Assembly (NCBI GenBank): GCA_018398765.1
Contig: JAHBMJ010000325.1
Coordinates: 1 to 50,509, forward strand
Origin: Chromera velia
Lineage: Eukaryota
Length of the DNA stretch: 50,509 nt
Direction of reading: 5' to 3'
This document shows positions 11,648 to 38,659 of the stretch, piece after piece. The position numbers were made by a program, and so were the translations under genes. Within the stretch, counting starts at the first letter, position 1; every line of letters starts with the position of its first letter. Under the pieces are notes generated by a model, which was not told the origin of the DNA, made no database searches, and worked only from the letters and a program-made list of their open reading frames with translations.

Positions 11648-14600
11648 CAGACTGACTGTGCAGGACGCATAGTGATTCCGCGCGGATGGTGGCCGTCCTC
11701 TTGTACACCAGTGCTCCCACCTGCAGGCAGGCAGGCAGGCAGGCAGGCAGGAGTCCAGGTGCAGGATCACCAGACGAACTCAGAAGACAAAAAGAAACAA
11801 AAGACCAGGCCTCTCCACACACACGGGGATGAAAACAAGAACGCATTCCTCTCCCCATCTCTTCCTGTCCCCATGGAGTCTCATTCGTTCTTTCAACTGA
11901 CACGATCGAAAAGATTGAACACCAACAGGCCGACAGGAAGTCTTCAAAGAACGTTTCGACACGGCCGCAAACACGACGATTTCTTCGGTACGTCTTGCCA
12001 CTTTGCGACGAAACCAAAATGGAAGAACGAGCCATCCAGCAGTAAAAATAAAAAAAGAACAGAAAAGAAAAGACGATGCGTCTACTGGAAGGAAGATGCT
12101 TCTCTCCCTCACCCGACCAAGCAGCCAGGCAGGCAGGCAGCCCACCCACCTCGGAGGCTCAAATTCCCTTTCCAGTCGGAAGGGCAGGGCCATCCCGGAC
12201 TTGCACTCCAGCACACTCACGCGTCCGAACTGTCTGCTGGCCGATGCAATCACCCTCCCGTGTCTTCCCCTCGGCAGATGGGAAAACACGACTAGTCTCT
12301 GACCCTTCTCAAAAGGAGAAGAAGCACAGAGAGGGACGGCAACGCAGTCCGATCCCCGGAACCTGCGCTCGCTCGCTCATGCGCAGAGAGGAAGGAAGGA
12401 AGGAGCGCAGGCAGGCAGTACATGAAGGAGACAGAGAGAGAAAAAGAGCGCCCACCCCAAACATTCATGATCTGCGAGCAATGAGGCAGAAAGAAGACAG
12501 GAGAACCAGATGGCTATCCAAACGATCTGTTTGACGCACGCTCGGAGGGACTTTAGGCCGGGAACAGAACATGAGGAGATGCGGAGACAACAGCGAGAGA
12601 CACCCACAAGCACATGACATGAAGAGGGAAACGACAAGTGGAAGAAAGAGAGCAAAACACCACGCCAAGCTGCACTCAAAGAGCGTCCGCGTCAAACTAA
12701 ACACAGAGACATGCTACATCACATGTGCCCCCAAAACACTGGAAGACTCTCCAGCGTCGGCGGGGTTTTGTGTACACGGATTCTTTGATGGTATACTAAT
12801 ATTCATGCACGTTTTTGCATTAACGGTGATCGCATGTTCAGATCCTTCTGCAAGCGCGCAAAGCAAATAGCAAACAATATCCCCCCCCCCCCATCTCTAA
12901 CCTGCACGCATCCGCCAAAGGATCATCCAGCATGTTCTCGCTCATCATCGCGTTCAGCGTCCACTCAAAGTCTCTCTCTCCCTCCTTCTCCTCTCCTGTC
13001 TCGCCCCCTTCTTTCGTCGAGACTGGGACGGGGGGGGGGGGTGAAGAGGAGAAGTCCCTTTTGGCCCCCAGACTTTTGTTCTCGAAGAACCCCCTCTTCA
13101 AGTCAAGTGACCACACCTCACAGCAGGGCATCGGCACTTCAGAGTCAAACAGCTCAAAAACCCCGTAGCCCCCCGACAGGAGGATTCGATCCGCCAAGCC
13201 GTGTCCGTCTCCGTCCCGTGAGTCTCTGCATTGGGCTTTTCTGTCTCTGTCTCCATCTGCGTCTGCCTGTCTGTTTTGGTCTCCATCAGAGAGGGAATGG
13301 GAATTCTCTTCTCCTTTTTCCTCCTGAGCGAAAAAAAAGGCAAAAGGAAGAGGAGGAGGGGGGGGAGACAGCCGTCATACCAGACAGAGGCTTTCTTTTC
13401 TTCTGCATGCTTGTACAAAATCTCCCACTTGTTCATTCAGGTTTTCACTCGAGAGCAACCAGAGAATCGAAAGCTCCAACTTGAAGAGAGAGAGAAAGAG
13501 AGAGGAGAAACGAAGAGGACGCACAAGAGCAACAAACAAACATCGATCAACTTCTCTTCCAAAACATACAGACAGACGGAAAGGACCAACTCCAAAACCT
13601 ACCCCACCTGACGGGCAGACAAACACAATCCTTCGCAACTCACCCCTGCAGTTTTGTTGTTGCACGACGAAAGAGAAAAGCGCCTCGCGGCAAGAGCCCC
13701 AAGCCCCGGGGCCCCAGCACTGCTGTCGAAGGAGAGGAGAACGTCTTTGCGAGGCTGCATGCATACAGACACGAGAGGAGGGAAGCTCGACTGGACATCA
13801 AAAACAACGAACGTCAGAATTTCTGGAAATGCACGCACACATGGCAACCGAGGGTAAGGGATTCAGTCAAGGAAGGGCAGACAAACCGGCCAAGATTGAC
13901 AGTAAATGTGCACAGACTCCCTCTGACAGTGACCGTGCATTTGCTGCTCGTTTCCCCTTGGCCGACTGACTGTTCTTGCTTGAGAGACTAATCGGTGAAA
14001 GCGCCAGACAGACCAGACAAACAGAGGCATAACAGAGGCCACACAGAGAGAAAGGCTTTCTGTTTTTTTCTTTTTTTTAGCATTCTTGTCTCTTCTCTCT
14101 CTCCTTCTCCCCGACTGACTGACTGACTGACCGACTGACTTTCTCGCTCTTTTCCCCACTCTCCTTTTCCCTTACAGACAGACAGTAATGTTTGTTTCCT
14201 CTCTCCCTGTTCTTTCGTGAACGGAGAAAAAGAGAAAGGCTTCCCCACCTTCACAAGAAAAATCAAACGGAGGCTTCATTCATTCATACCCAATATACAT
14301 CCAAAACATTCAACGCTGTCTGAATCGATCGAGACTGATGTTGACCCACTGCATCTGAACGCAGATCTGCAACGTCGATAGCAGCCACATTCCTCTCACA
14401 CAAAAGTTCCCCTTTCACACATTGCACAATCCGCCCATGCATGCCACCCACCTGCACAAGAGACTGCGGGAGGTCCTCAGGCTCCTTCCAGGGGCTCTCC
14501 CAAACATCCAGACGCTCCTTCGGGAGGGGGAACTGCCGCACCTCTGTTGTTCTTGTGTGTGTGTTTTTGTTGTTTTTTTGTTCGATGGTTCAGGATGCAC

Positions 14601-14803
14601 ACAAGAGAATTCACAGAGAAACATGACAAACGGAAACATACGCGCACATGCATGCCCATGCAATCACACACAAGGACCCGTCAGTCACGAGGGCATGCCC
14701 ACGCACACGCACACGCAACCACACAGAGAGAGAGAGAGAGACACAGAGAGAGAGAGAGACACACACACACACAGAGAGAGAGAGAGAGGGGGAGAGAGAG
14801 ACG

Positions 14804-14840
<37 letters not shown>

Positions 14841-15103
14841 GGAGAGAGAGAGAGAGGAAAACGCTTGTTCCAGCTTCCTGTCCAGAGCTTCCGCACTTCC
14901 TTCCTTCCGTCCATCCGTCCGTCCGTCCGCGAGCGCATACAGCCAAAATGGAGAAGAGAAGGTTAACGAAAGGCTTCCTTCCTTAATTCTTCCTCATCTG
15001 AGGCTGATCGATCACGATCTTTCCCGACCGACCTGAAAGACGGAGGGGGCCTGCCCAAACAGATAGCGACCCTTCCTTGCGTGCGAACTTCTGAATCAAG
15101 TTT
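6270..15103 (-). CDS. Kelch-repeat (six-blade beta-propeller) protein with long low-complexity insertions; 5' end not determined, may extend to about 16800
   Basis: Well supported, phase-compatible exons: 13323-12902, 12362-12150, 11720-11657, 11111-10236, 9862-8207, 7584-6599. Tentative exons: 15103-15033, 14543-14452, 13754-13644, 13479-13381 and terminal 6360-6270. Kelch signatures: RILLSGG..EVWSLDL, PPSARNHYAS..VVSGG..DVYLLE..W, PARRFGHSLTAVGSRLFLFGG..DLWML, PGPRVHHSADSLGPRLLIFGG..DLFSLD..W, PPRAESGL..IWMFGG. Confidence 0.85.
14700..14856. repeat. (CA)n/(GA)n microsatellite in a Kelch-gene intron
   Basis: Directly visible. Confidence 0.95.
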
Positions 15104-15483
15104 CTGCATCATGACAGAAAGCACACATGTTAATACAGAAACAGCCAAACAAATGAAAGTGTATGAAAATTAGGTCGCACATCTTCTTTTTTTTTCTTCT
15201 CTCCTGGAGAGAGAAAGACAGGCAGAGACAGAATGTATACTTCTTTCTTTCTTTCTTTCTTTCTTTTCCCTCCTTCTTTTCGTGTACAGGCAGACAGATA
15301 GATATACTGATAGACAGACTTGCTGACAGACAGACGAACAAACGGACAGACACTTTTTCCTACTTCTGGTCGTTCTCTTTATTTCTTCTTTCTTTTTCCC
15401 AAACATGGAGACAGGCAGACACATCACATGACTTCTTTTTGGCAGACAGACAGACAGACTATATGTTTCTTCCTCTCCCTTCT

Positions 15484-15785
15484 GACAGACAGACAGACAG
15501 ACAGAGAGACAGAGAGACAGAGAGACAGACAGACAGAGAGACAGACAGACAGAGAGACAGACAGACAGAGAGACAGACAGGCAGACAGACAGAGAGACAG
15601 ACAGCGGACAGACAGACAGGCAGGCAGGCAGACAGAGAGACAGAGAGACAGACAGACAGCCAGCCTATACGTTTCTTTCAGACAAACAGACAGAGAGACA
15701 GACAAGCAGGCAGACAGACAGACTGTATCGTCTTTTCTTTCCCCTTTTCAGGCGGACGGACGGACGGACAGAGAGACAGACAGAC
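15484..15785. repeat. (AGAC)n tetranucleotide-type microsatellite
   Basis: Directly visible. Confidence 0.95.
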
Positions 15786-17636
15786 TGGCGGGAACGCAAA
15801 CAGTTAGAAAACAGGAAGTCACCTCCCGAAAAAATGGAAAAGAACCATGGAACAGGCGGGCATGAACTTCAAAAGAAGAACAGCATGCAGACAGGTGCAA
15901 TGCTCTTTTTCCCTCTCCCTTCTAACCCTTCTTCTGCGCATTCGCTCAATTCCGTCCTGTCTGACTTTACAACCCCCCCTCTTTTTTGGGCCGGGCAAAA
16001 GAGAAAGAACGCTCTCTCTGTGCGAATGAGGGGAAGAGTCGGCAAGCGAAATGGTTGAGTGGAGTCGACGAGCCTCAGGGCTGACTTTGAGGAAGCAGAG
16101 CATGTCTGATACTGAGAAGCGTCTCTTTCTGCATGCACGCACAGGTCCAATGGTGGGAAGGACAGAAAGGGAAAGGGAGGGTGCAAAAAGAAAAAAGGAA
16201 CAGGAAAGTCTTCAGATTTGATGGATGAGGATTCCATTCCTTTCCCTTGTGAAACGAGGGGCTGTCCATCGTGGAGGAAGGAAGCGTAGCTAAAAAACAA
16301 ACGAATAAACAAATCCAGCTTCTGAACCAAAATGTGGCTTGACAAGCATCTGTGTGCAAGCGTCGCATTTCAAAATTCTGTTCAAAAGCTTTAGAGCCTT
16401 TTTTGCTGGTTTGATCAGCAGGGTGTGAGGATGCACCCCGACAAACCGACCGGCCGACCGAACCCCCCCCCACACCCCAATTCTCATATTCGCAGCGACA
16501 ATGACGATTTGAATGGAGATCAGAATGCCGGTGTTTTTCAAAGAAGAGCTCCATTCAGTCACCTGTGAAGAAAAGGAGCACCTCTTCGAGAAGGTTCAAC
16601 GACAAGAGGGCGGTCAGAGATGTTTTGCAGGAAGGAGACGGCGACGGGACACGCGCTGTCGAAGTTGGTGTCGTGGCTGCCTCCATCGTGCTTTGCCGAC
16701 ACGAAACCTCTTTTCTTTTGATGAAAGAAGACACTCCACGTCTTAGAAATCACATACAAGAGCAAAGAGACCAGACGATCCCCTCAGTAGTCTGTCAGAA
16801 CCCGCTAAAGAACTAAGGGGAGGGACTGAAAAAAGGAGACTGATCTTATCGTGCCCGCAGTTTTTTCTTTCCGTTCCTCTTCGTTACGAGACGCCTGACC
16901 TCCCCTCTGTACGACGATGCTGGACAATCCGCCAGAGAATTTCACCTCTAAAAGACGTGCATCTCCCTTAATTGGGAGAGAGACAGGCGTTTTGAATACG
17001 TCAATAAAGAAGTACAAAGGAACGCAGCCGATCGCAGCCGTGAAGTCTCAGCGACTCAGGTGCGTTCCTACAGAGCCTACAAAAATCTGAACCTCTCCTG
17101 ACTTCCCTGCAAATGACTGTTTTGCAGATTTGGCAGAAAAGTTTTCCACGGGATTCATCCTCATCGTGATTCAGCTCGTCTGATGTATGAATGATCATGA
17201 AGCCTCGATCAATGTCGGAGCTGGAGTCGATCTGACATGCAAGTATAGCCCAATATAGCCCAATGTAGCCCAAGATAGCTAGCCCAAGCAAGATGAATTT
17301 TTAAATTTTTAGCCGTCTCGGCGTCTCCGCGTGCCGGATGCGCGGTGGCCCGGAAAGCTTCCAATGATGGCATGCATGCAGCGCGGGCCCTTTCCATGCA
17401 CTGTCGCGGCAATTGTCGCGGCAATTCGCGGCATGCCGGGGATTGCCGGGGCATGCACAGAACGATTGACACCATGATCGCCCTTTCTGGAGGAGGCAAC
17501 CGAATTCTGCAATATTCTATGGCTGCACTGTTTTCCCATCCTGACAGTTTCCTCACGGCTTCCCCACAGAGTGAAATGAAAGGTTGTGTGAGATCTCTTC
17601 AGATTCAATGCATATTCCTGTGATTGTGTTTGGAAC

Positions 17637-20373
17637 ATGAAGGCAAAGAGGTTTTGGATTCTTGTCTGTTCTCTCTGCAACACGGCACAAGGGTCAGCGG
17701 CCGCTGTGTTGCATAACCGCTACGCCGCTGTCATAGACGCTGGGAGCACAGGAACACGGCTCCATGTGTTTGCTTACCATTGGAACCCGGCCTTATGTGA
17801 AGGCCATGGTGCCGTGGAAGTTGCGGTACCAGACAAAAACAAGAAGGTCTACCCTGGCCTTTCGTCATTCACCCAAAAGGTTTCTGAGGTGCCAGACTAC
17901 CTCGACAGACTCCGTGTCTTTCTCGACGGAGAAGTGCCAAAAGGGATGAGGGCAAGCACCCCCCTGTTCTTTAGGGCGACTGCGGGGATTCGAAATCTTC
18001 CGCGGACGGTGGCGAAGAGAATTTTACAGAGTGTACAGGAGTCACTGCAGAGCTGGGGGTACTTGTTCGAGACCAGTTGGGCGAGGGTGATGGGGGGGAA
18101 AGAGGAGGGAGTGTTGGGGTGGCTTGTTTTGAATGAGCTTCTGGGAACGTTTCCGCATGAGAGTTTGTTGGTGGGGGGAGGGGGGTCCTCAGTGGATCCT
18201 GATTTAGAGGGGAAAAGACAAAGGGCCAGTTTGTTTGAGGTGGGGGGGGCATCGGCACAGGTGGTAGTAGAGTTGTCCTCACTGAGTGCCCCTGCTCAGG
18301 TAAGGTCGGACTCAGCTCTCGAAAAGGAGGGGAGCGGACAGTCACCTGCAAACGGGCGAGGGGAAGACAATTTCGGGGAGAGAACTTCAAGAACACCCCC
18401 AGTATCTGCCAACCGACTTTTGCGGTTCTGTGGGAGGGAATACCATCTTCATGCGTTCAGCTTCCTTGGACTGGGTCGTCAGTTGTCGCTAGAAAACTTG
18501 ATTCTCCGAGAAGCCGCTGCTGTCCTTGATCCTTTTTCGCCTCCCCAAAAGAGGAGACGGAGGGAGCAGGACAGACAGAAGGACAGAGAGACGGAGAAAG
18601 AAGGACTGTCGGCGGTTCCTGTCGCATGTCTACAGAGGGGGGCGTCAATGGTTGTAGGGCACTCTGAAGTTTCAGATGCGCCGTCACGCGCTCCTCCAGT
18701 CCCCGCCTCTGTAGAGCCTCCAGGCTTTCTGACTGCCGTTCCTCTTCCTGTAGAGAAAGAAAAAGGAGCATCCGCTTCTTCTCCTTCAACTCCGTGCGAA
18801 CGTTCTGCTCTGTGGTGTAACTTTCCGGGAACAGAGGAGGAGCGTATCCTAGTGGAGGGTGACGGAGACGGGGAGGGATTGGAGGACGGAGACGCCGAGA
18901 CGGAATCCTTCGACTCGACTCAGGGAGGGGAGGGGATGAGGGTGTGGGGGCCCGGGTCTGGGGTCTCTCCAAGGGGACAATCCGGTTTGAGGGCAAACGA
19001 GAGCGCGAGCAATGCAATGAGCACGACCTCTAAGTCTCTAGTGGTGGTGCGAACTGTTGAAGCATTCGGCACTGGCAAGCTTGACTCGTGCCTAAATTCC
19101 GTTGCCTCCAACGTCCTCGACTATTTGCCTCCTCTGCCTCCAGAGGTCAGTCGGTCGATCGATCGATCAGCTGTGACTGCTGTGTACCGGAATGTGCAAG
19201 CAAGCTTGACTGACTGACCGACTGGACAGCTCGCTCTTGTATCATGGTTGATTGGTAGGGACTGTTCTGCTCCTCCCTCCCTGCATACGGTGAGCCGGTC
19301 AAGAGTGGCAGGGACAGTTTACGCCAAGCACAGTGGACACTTGACTCAGCAATCATGTCGAAAAGCAGCGAAACAGACAGAGGAGTCCCTGAAAGAATGG
19401 ATGTTTCACTCTGCAGCCCCCTTCCATGCCATACAATGGCAGGCAGGTAGCTGTGCGTCCGCGATGTTTGCAGACAGGCACGGGAAATTCGCCTCCGCTT
19501 TCTAGCTCTTAGAAGAGGGGATTCGATCCCATTTCTTTTCTAGCTGCGCGTTTCGGCAGGCGGCCTGCTGCATGGTTCAGGAGAAAGAACCAACTAGAAC
19601 CAATGAACCCGGAATTTCCTGCTATTTCATTTGTGAATGGTAAGGGGGGAAGAAAGAAAATCAATTTAAGAAGCTGCCCCCCTCTCCCCCTCCCTGCCTC
19701 CCTCTCTCCGCGTCTGTCTGTCTGCTGTCTGCAGGTAAGGAGAAGACTTGCAGAGGCCCCGCTTTACTGCACTGAAAATTGTCACTGGGAGAACGTGAAA
19801 ACGCGGGGGGGCGAAGCGGGTGGTGTCCTGTCGAGTGCCGACCTGCGGGAGGCTGCCAGGGCAGTATGTGGCCTCCATGTGAATGCGGTAAAGGCCAAGC
19901 TTGGAAGTGCCGCAGAGGAAGAGAGAAGTCGCACTGCGTGCTTCGGACTCTCTCTGTTTGCCGAGACCTTTACAGGTCTCCTCGGACTTCCCCCTGACTT
20001 TCAGGCAACAGCCGCGAATTCTGTGGGGGAGGCGGATCTCGGTTGGGCTGCGGGTGTTCTCCTCCTGTCTGTCCCTGAGCTGTTTCGCTCTGGTGTGTTG
20101 TCGTTGAACGAGACAGACTTTGAGGCAGTGACAGAGAAACAGAGCATACCTCTACTTCCAGCCACGGAGAAAATCTCGGAGGCTGCGCCCGCGTCTTTTG
20201 GGGCCTTTGCCAACTCTTCTTCTTCTTCTTCTGCTTCTCATATTTATTCGAGCCCCCCACGATGGGAAGATCTCGAGGGGGTTGGAGAGAGGGGGGACGA
20301 GAAAGAGAAAGAGGGGGACCTTGACAGAGAACGTCAGCAGGCCGTCCCATTGCCTCTGGCTGTTATTTCATGA
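17637..20373 (+). CDS. GDA1/CD39-family nucleoside triphosphate diphosphohydrolase (NTPDase/apyrase), signal peptide, about 715 aa
   Basis: join(17637..19145,19735..20373), phase-0 intron GTCAGT..CTGCAG. Apyrase conserved regions: ACR1 VIDAGSTGTRLHVF, PGLSSF, ACR2 ATAGIR, ACR3 GKEEG, ACR4 EVGGASAQV, SFLGLG, ACR5 GWAAG. N-terminus MKAKRFWILVCSLCNTAQG is signal-peptide-like. Confidence 0.93.
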
Positions 20374-21169
20374 CTGCGTGCATTCTCCACCGCTTGGGCG
20401 GACCCAGTCTTCTTTCTTCTTCGTTTCTTTCTTTCTTTCTTTCTTTCTACATACTTAATAATTGATGAGCAGAACAAAACCCTGTCTGTCTTCCTCGATG
20501 TCGACTGTGGACGTCGAGCAGGAAGGCTGCGTGGCCTCCCCCCCCCCCCCCTTTNNNNNNNNNNNCCCCCCCTTTTTTTCTTTGCTTTTGGGTTCAGACT
20601 CACACGAAAAATGAATGGTCGCAAAGATTCCGCGAGGGTCATCAACCGACCGGCAGGCTGACTGACTGGCCATCTGCCTGGCCGAGTTTTTCTCCTGATG
20701 CAAAGCGAAAGTGAAAAGGAAGGATGTGTGGTGGAGAAGACGGATGAGGAAACTGCAGTCGACAGGTGGAGACAGAAAAGGAAAAGGATGCAAAGTGGAT
20801 TTAACTTGGGCTCAAGACTGATCCAATGAACTAACGCGGTATAGGCATACTCCAGGTGTAAGCAATTAAGGTCTGCAGGCCCGCAAGGCTCCCTGTCCTG
20901 TCAGTGCATGTCAGATTGAGTATTGCATGAACGAAAACGTCGCCCCACCCCACCCCTCTCTCTCTGTGCGTATGTGCATGGCAGGGGAATGGGAGGCCCT
21001 CGCTAAAGTTTTTCCCTCTTCCCATCCCCTGCTGTCAAGTGTCCATGTGAGAGCTCTTCGGAGAATGTTGCCACTGAGCTTCTGACATCCTGTTTGCTCA
21101 TCCCTCCTGAAAACTTCCTCCATTGTCTTGCAGACCTCCATAGATGTATTCATTGATCCGTGTAATGAT

Positions 21170-22030
21170 TCTGTACTTTAAGTTAGAAACTAGGTCAGAA
21201 AGTTTAGATTGTGCCGATTTGATTAAGTTCGCCTCTAGGCTTTCCCTTCATACATATATGGGAAAAGGAAGTGACAGTGATAGTGATTCAATTGGTGCCG
21301 TATAGACTAGGGTATAGAGCACCTAGATACACCTAGATAGAGCATTGTAGCGCCGTTCTACCGTTCGAATGGCACTGGCAAATAATCGACTAGATAATCA
21401 ATTGATCGATATCGATCGAACCATCCTGCTGGATGCGTCATGATTGGTTTAGTCGTTAGTTGGCTGCTGAGCTTAATTAGGTTCTAGTCCCAAACAAAGC
21501 CGCCGACGGTGTACGCCTTTTCCAGGCGCTGTAGTAAGCAGACTAAAACAGTGCTAGAGGTAGCTAGAGGCAGTGGACCGGCGACTGGACCGCGGGGAGG
21601 CTGGGCTCACGGGAGCTTCCAGACCATAATTTTCATATCCCATCATCTTTTATAACTAGTTTTATGATTCAATTTTATTCAATTTGAATTTAAGGTAGAA
21701 AACAAACTTCTAAAATTCTAAATAAAAATAATTTTTTGTCCGAGTTTTAGATTTTTTAAGACTTTTACAAGGAATTTTACCTGCTGTCGCGACTAAATTT
21801 AGAAGTGACTTTGTAACATAGCTCATAGCGTAGTATCTAGCGCAGTGGTGAACGTTCAAAATCGTTCAAAGATATGTCTTACTCTAGGTCTTACTAGATG
21901 TCTTACAGCTTTTTGAACTAACCAAATCTAGAACCAAATATTAATTTCAAATGAACAAGCTTTCTTTACTGAATCTTCAGGCCTAAGGCCTTTCATCCAG
22001 GGCTTTCACCAAGCGCTTTCGATCATTACA
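21170..22030. other. AT/TpA-rich intergenic island 3, probably a decayed repeat
   Basis: Composition shift between convergent genes, no ORF in the track, motifs shared with island 2. Confidence 0.7.
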
Positions 22031-22862
22031 CATCATTGCAGCTCTCGATGCAACTGCATAGAGTGACGTCACTCACTCGATCAATGAACTTGACTCACAC
22101 ACGTGGCTTGCATGCAAGCAAAACAGATTCGGCATGCAGTCTGCACCAGACTCCCCCACAGTCAAGCAGGCCCGCATCAGCACAAGAACACAAAACAATG
22201 CCGCGAGACAAAGAGAAAAGAGGGGAAGGGAACAACATGAGGGATATCGAATGAGGTAAGTCGTTCGACAAGCTCTTGAAACAAACCATCATGCATTACA
22301 GGGCCAACGAGAAACCACAAACGGTACCTAACCTCCTTCGCTTTCTCAGTCCGCACGCCTCAGTCCCCCAAAGACCTGCAAGTCTGTGCCTGTCACTCTG
22401 TCTGTCTGCCTGCCTGCCTTCCTTTCTGTGTACCTTTCTGTCTGTCTTCCTGCATGTCTGTGCGCTTATCTGTCTGTCTGCCTGTCTGTCGATTAGTCAG
22501 TCCCACTCTAGGGTGGCCCCCCTTCCCCCCCAACTCCCAACCCCTTGTGCACACGCGCACTGTCGAGGGAGGCCCTGAATCGATCGATCTTCGGCCAGAT
22601 TGCTGCTAGCAGGTGGCGTCACCTTTTCAAACTCCCTCTCTCCCTTCAACCTTCCAAAGGTTGACGCAACGCTTGTCCGCTTTCTTAAATACAAAAGATG
22701 GAGGAAGGGAGGGCTCATGCACATGCAAGCAAGGCCATTTAAATCCCATACAGCTGGACGGACTACGAGAGCTGCTCTCAAAACCGGGCCTGCCTCCCGC
22801 CCTCCCTCCCTCTCTCGTGCTTTTGCTTCACCAGTCCCCCCCCTTGAATTTCCACTCTCTTG

Positions 22863-37400
<14,538 letters not shown>

Positions 37401-38659
37401 TGAGGAAGAAGGAAGGAAGAAAGGCGAAAGGGAGGAGTCACGAACTCTCTCCCTTCCCTTCCCTGGTGGGAGGGATCCCCTCTTTCTGCTGGCATCTCAT
37501 ACTAATTTATTGATTGTTTGAATTTCTATCTCAGGCCGAGGCAAAGAAGAAGAAGTATTGAATGGTTCGTTGTTTCTTCCAAGCTGAACGAACGAACGTA
37601 CAGGATTGGATCTGATCTGATCCGTCTGTCTGTCTTCATGTCTGTCTGCATGTACGTCTCTTTTTCCTCTCTTGTGCTCCTCCTTCGTCTTTGTGCGACT
37701 GTGTCGATCGATCGATCGATCGATGGATCTGTTTGTGGATTGAACAGAGAGAAAGAGAGAGAGGCACTCTTTGTTTGGGATGGGAGAGAGCAAGGCAATT
37801 CTCCCTCCCTTCCTCTGCATCAATTTCCCACCCACCCACCAAAGGTGTGCACGCGTCTGGTCACGGGCGCTTTTGGACCTCCTTGTTCTCCCTCCAACTT
37901 CCCCACCGAGTCCATGCAGCCAACCTGCCGTCTCCTCCTTCTTTCCTCTCTCTCTCTTCCAGACGATCCTAGCTTGTTTGACTTCCTTCTCGCCTCTCGA
38001 TCCTCTCTCAGCACTGCCCTCTCTCCACTGTTGTGTTTTTTTTTTCAAAGAGACGCGCATGCAAGCGAACTTCAAGAGAAAAAAAAGAGGAGGCAGACAC
38101 GGAAGGAAGAGAGAACGACGCTCAGCGTGATGCATCGTCTCAAACAAAGATCTCAAACAGTTGCATCTTTTCACTCGAGATTAAGCAGCGCGAGATGCAC
38201 AGAAAGACATTCGTTGACTAGTTGACGATCAACACTGGAGAGGCAGAGAGGCTTTTTTTTGCGCTTGTCGGACTCGAATGCGAGTTTGTCTCCAAATTAA
38301 TACTCCTCAATCGTTCCAACAAAAAGTGAAAGCAAAAGCCGGCATTCAACAGACAGCTCCCAAACGGTTGTTTCCGCTCTTGCATGGGTAGCTAGGGGTA
38401 GATGGGTAGCCGGCACGTGCCCACGGTTCATGTAGAACTAGATCGAGAACTTGTCAATTCGTTCTCTCTCTCCTTCTCCCACTAGTTCTCCCAGTTGAGA
38501 ACAAAAGCGGCCAGGGGTTTTCAAGGGACGACAGAACCCCCCCACCCACCCCCACACACACCACACCAGTGGCACACCCCTAGACCGTGACTCTGACCGT
38601 CTAGGCTACACACACACATGCACACGCACACACACACGCACATATCATGCGTACAGACA

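Noticed and set aside
13324..13380. In-frame TGA in the Kelch gene as selenocysteine or readthrough
   Set aside because: It is explained more simply by a 57-nt phase-0 intron (GTATGA..polypyrimidine..CTCAG).
13381..14543. F-box at the Kelch N-terminus (DLPQSLVQ..ILWLL..ACRR)
   Set aside because: The resemblance is weak and a plausible exon (13754-13644) interrupts it. An HMM search would be needed.
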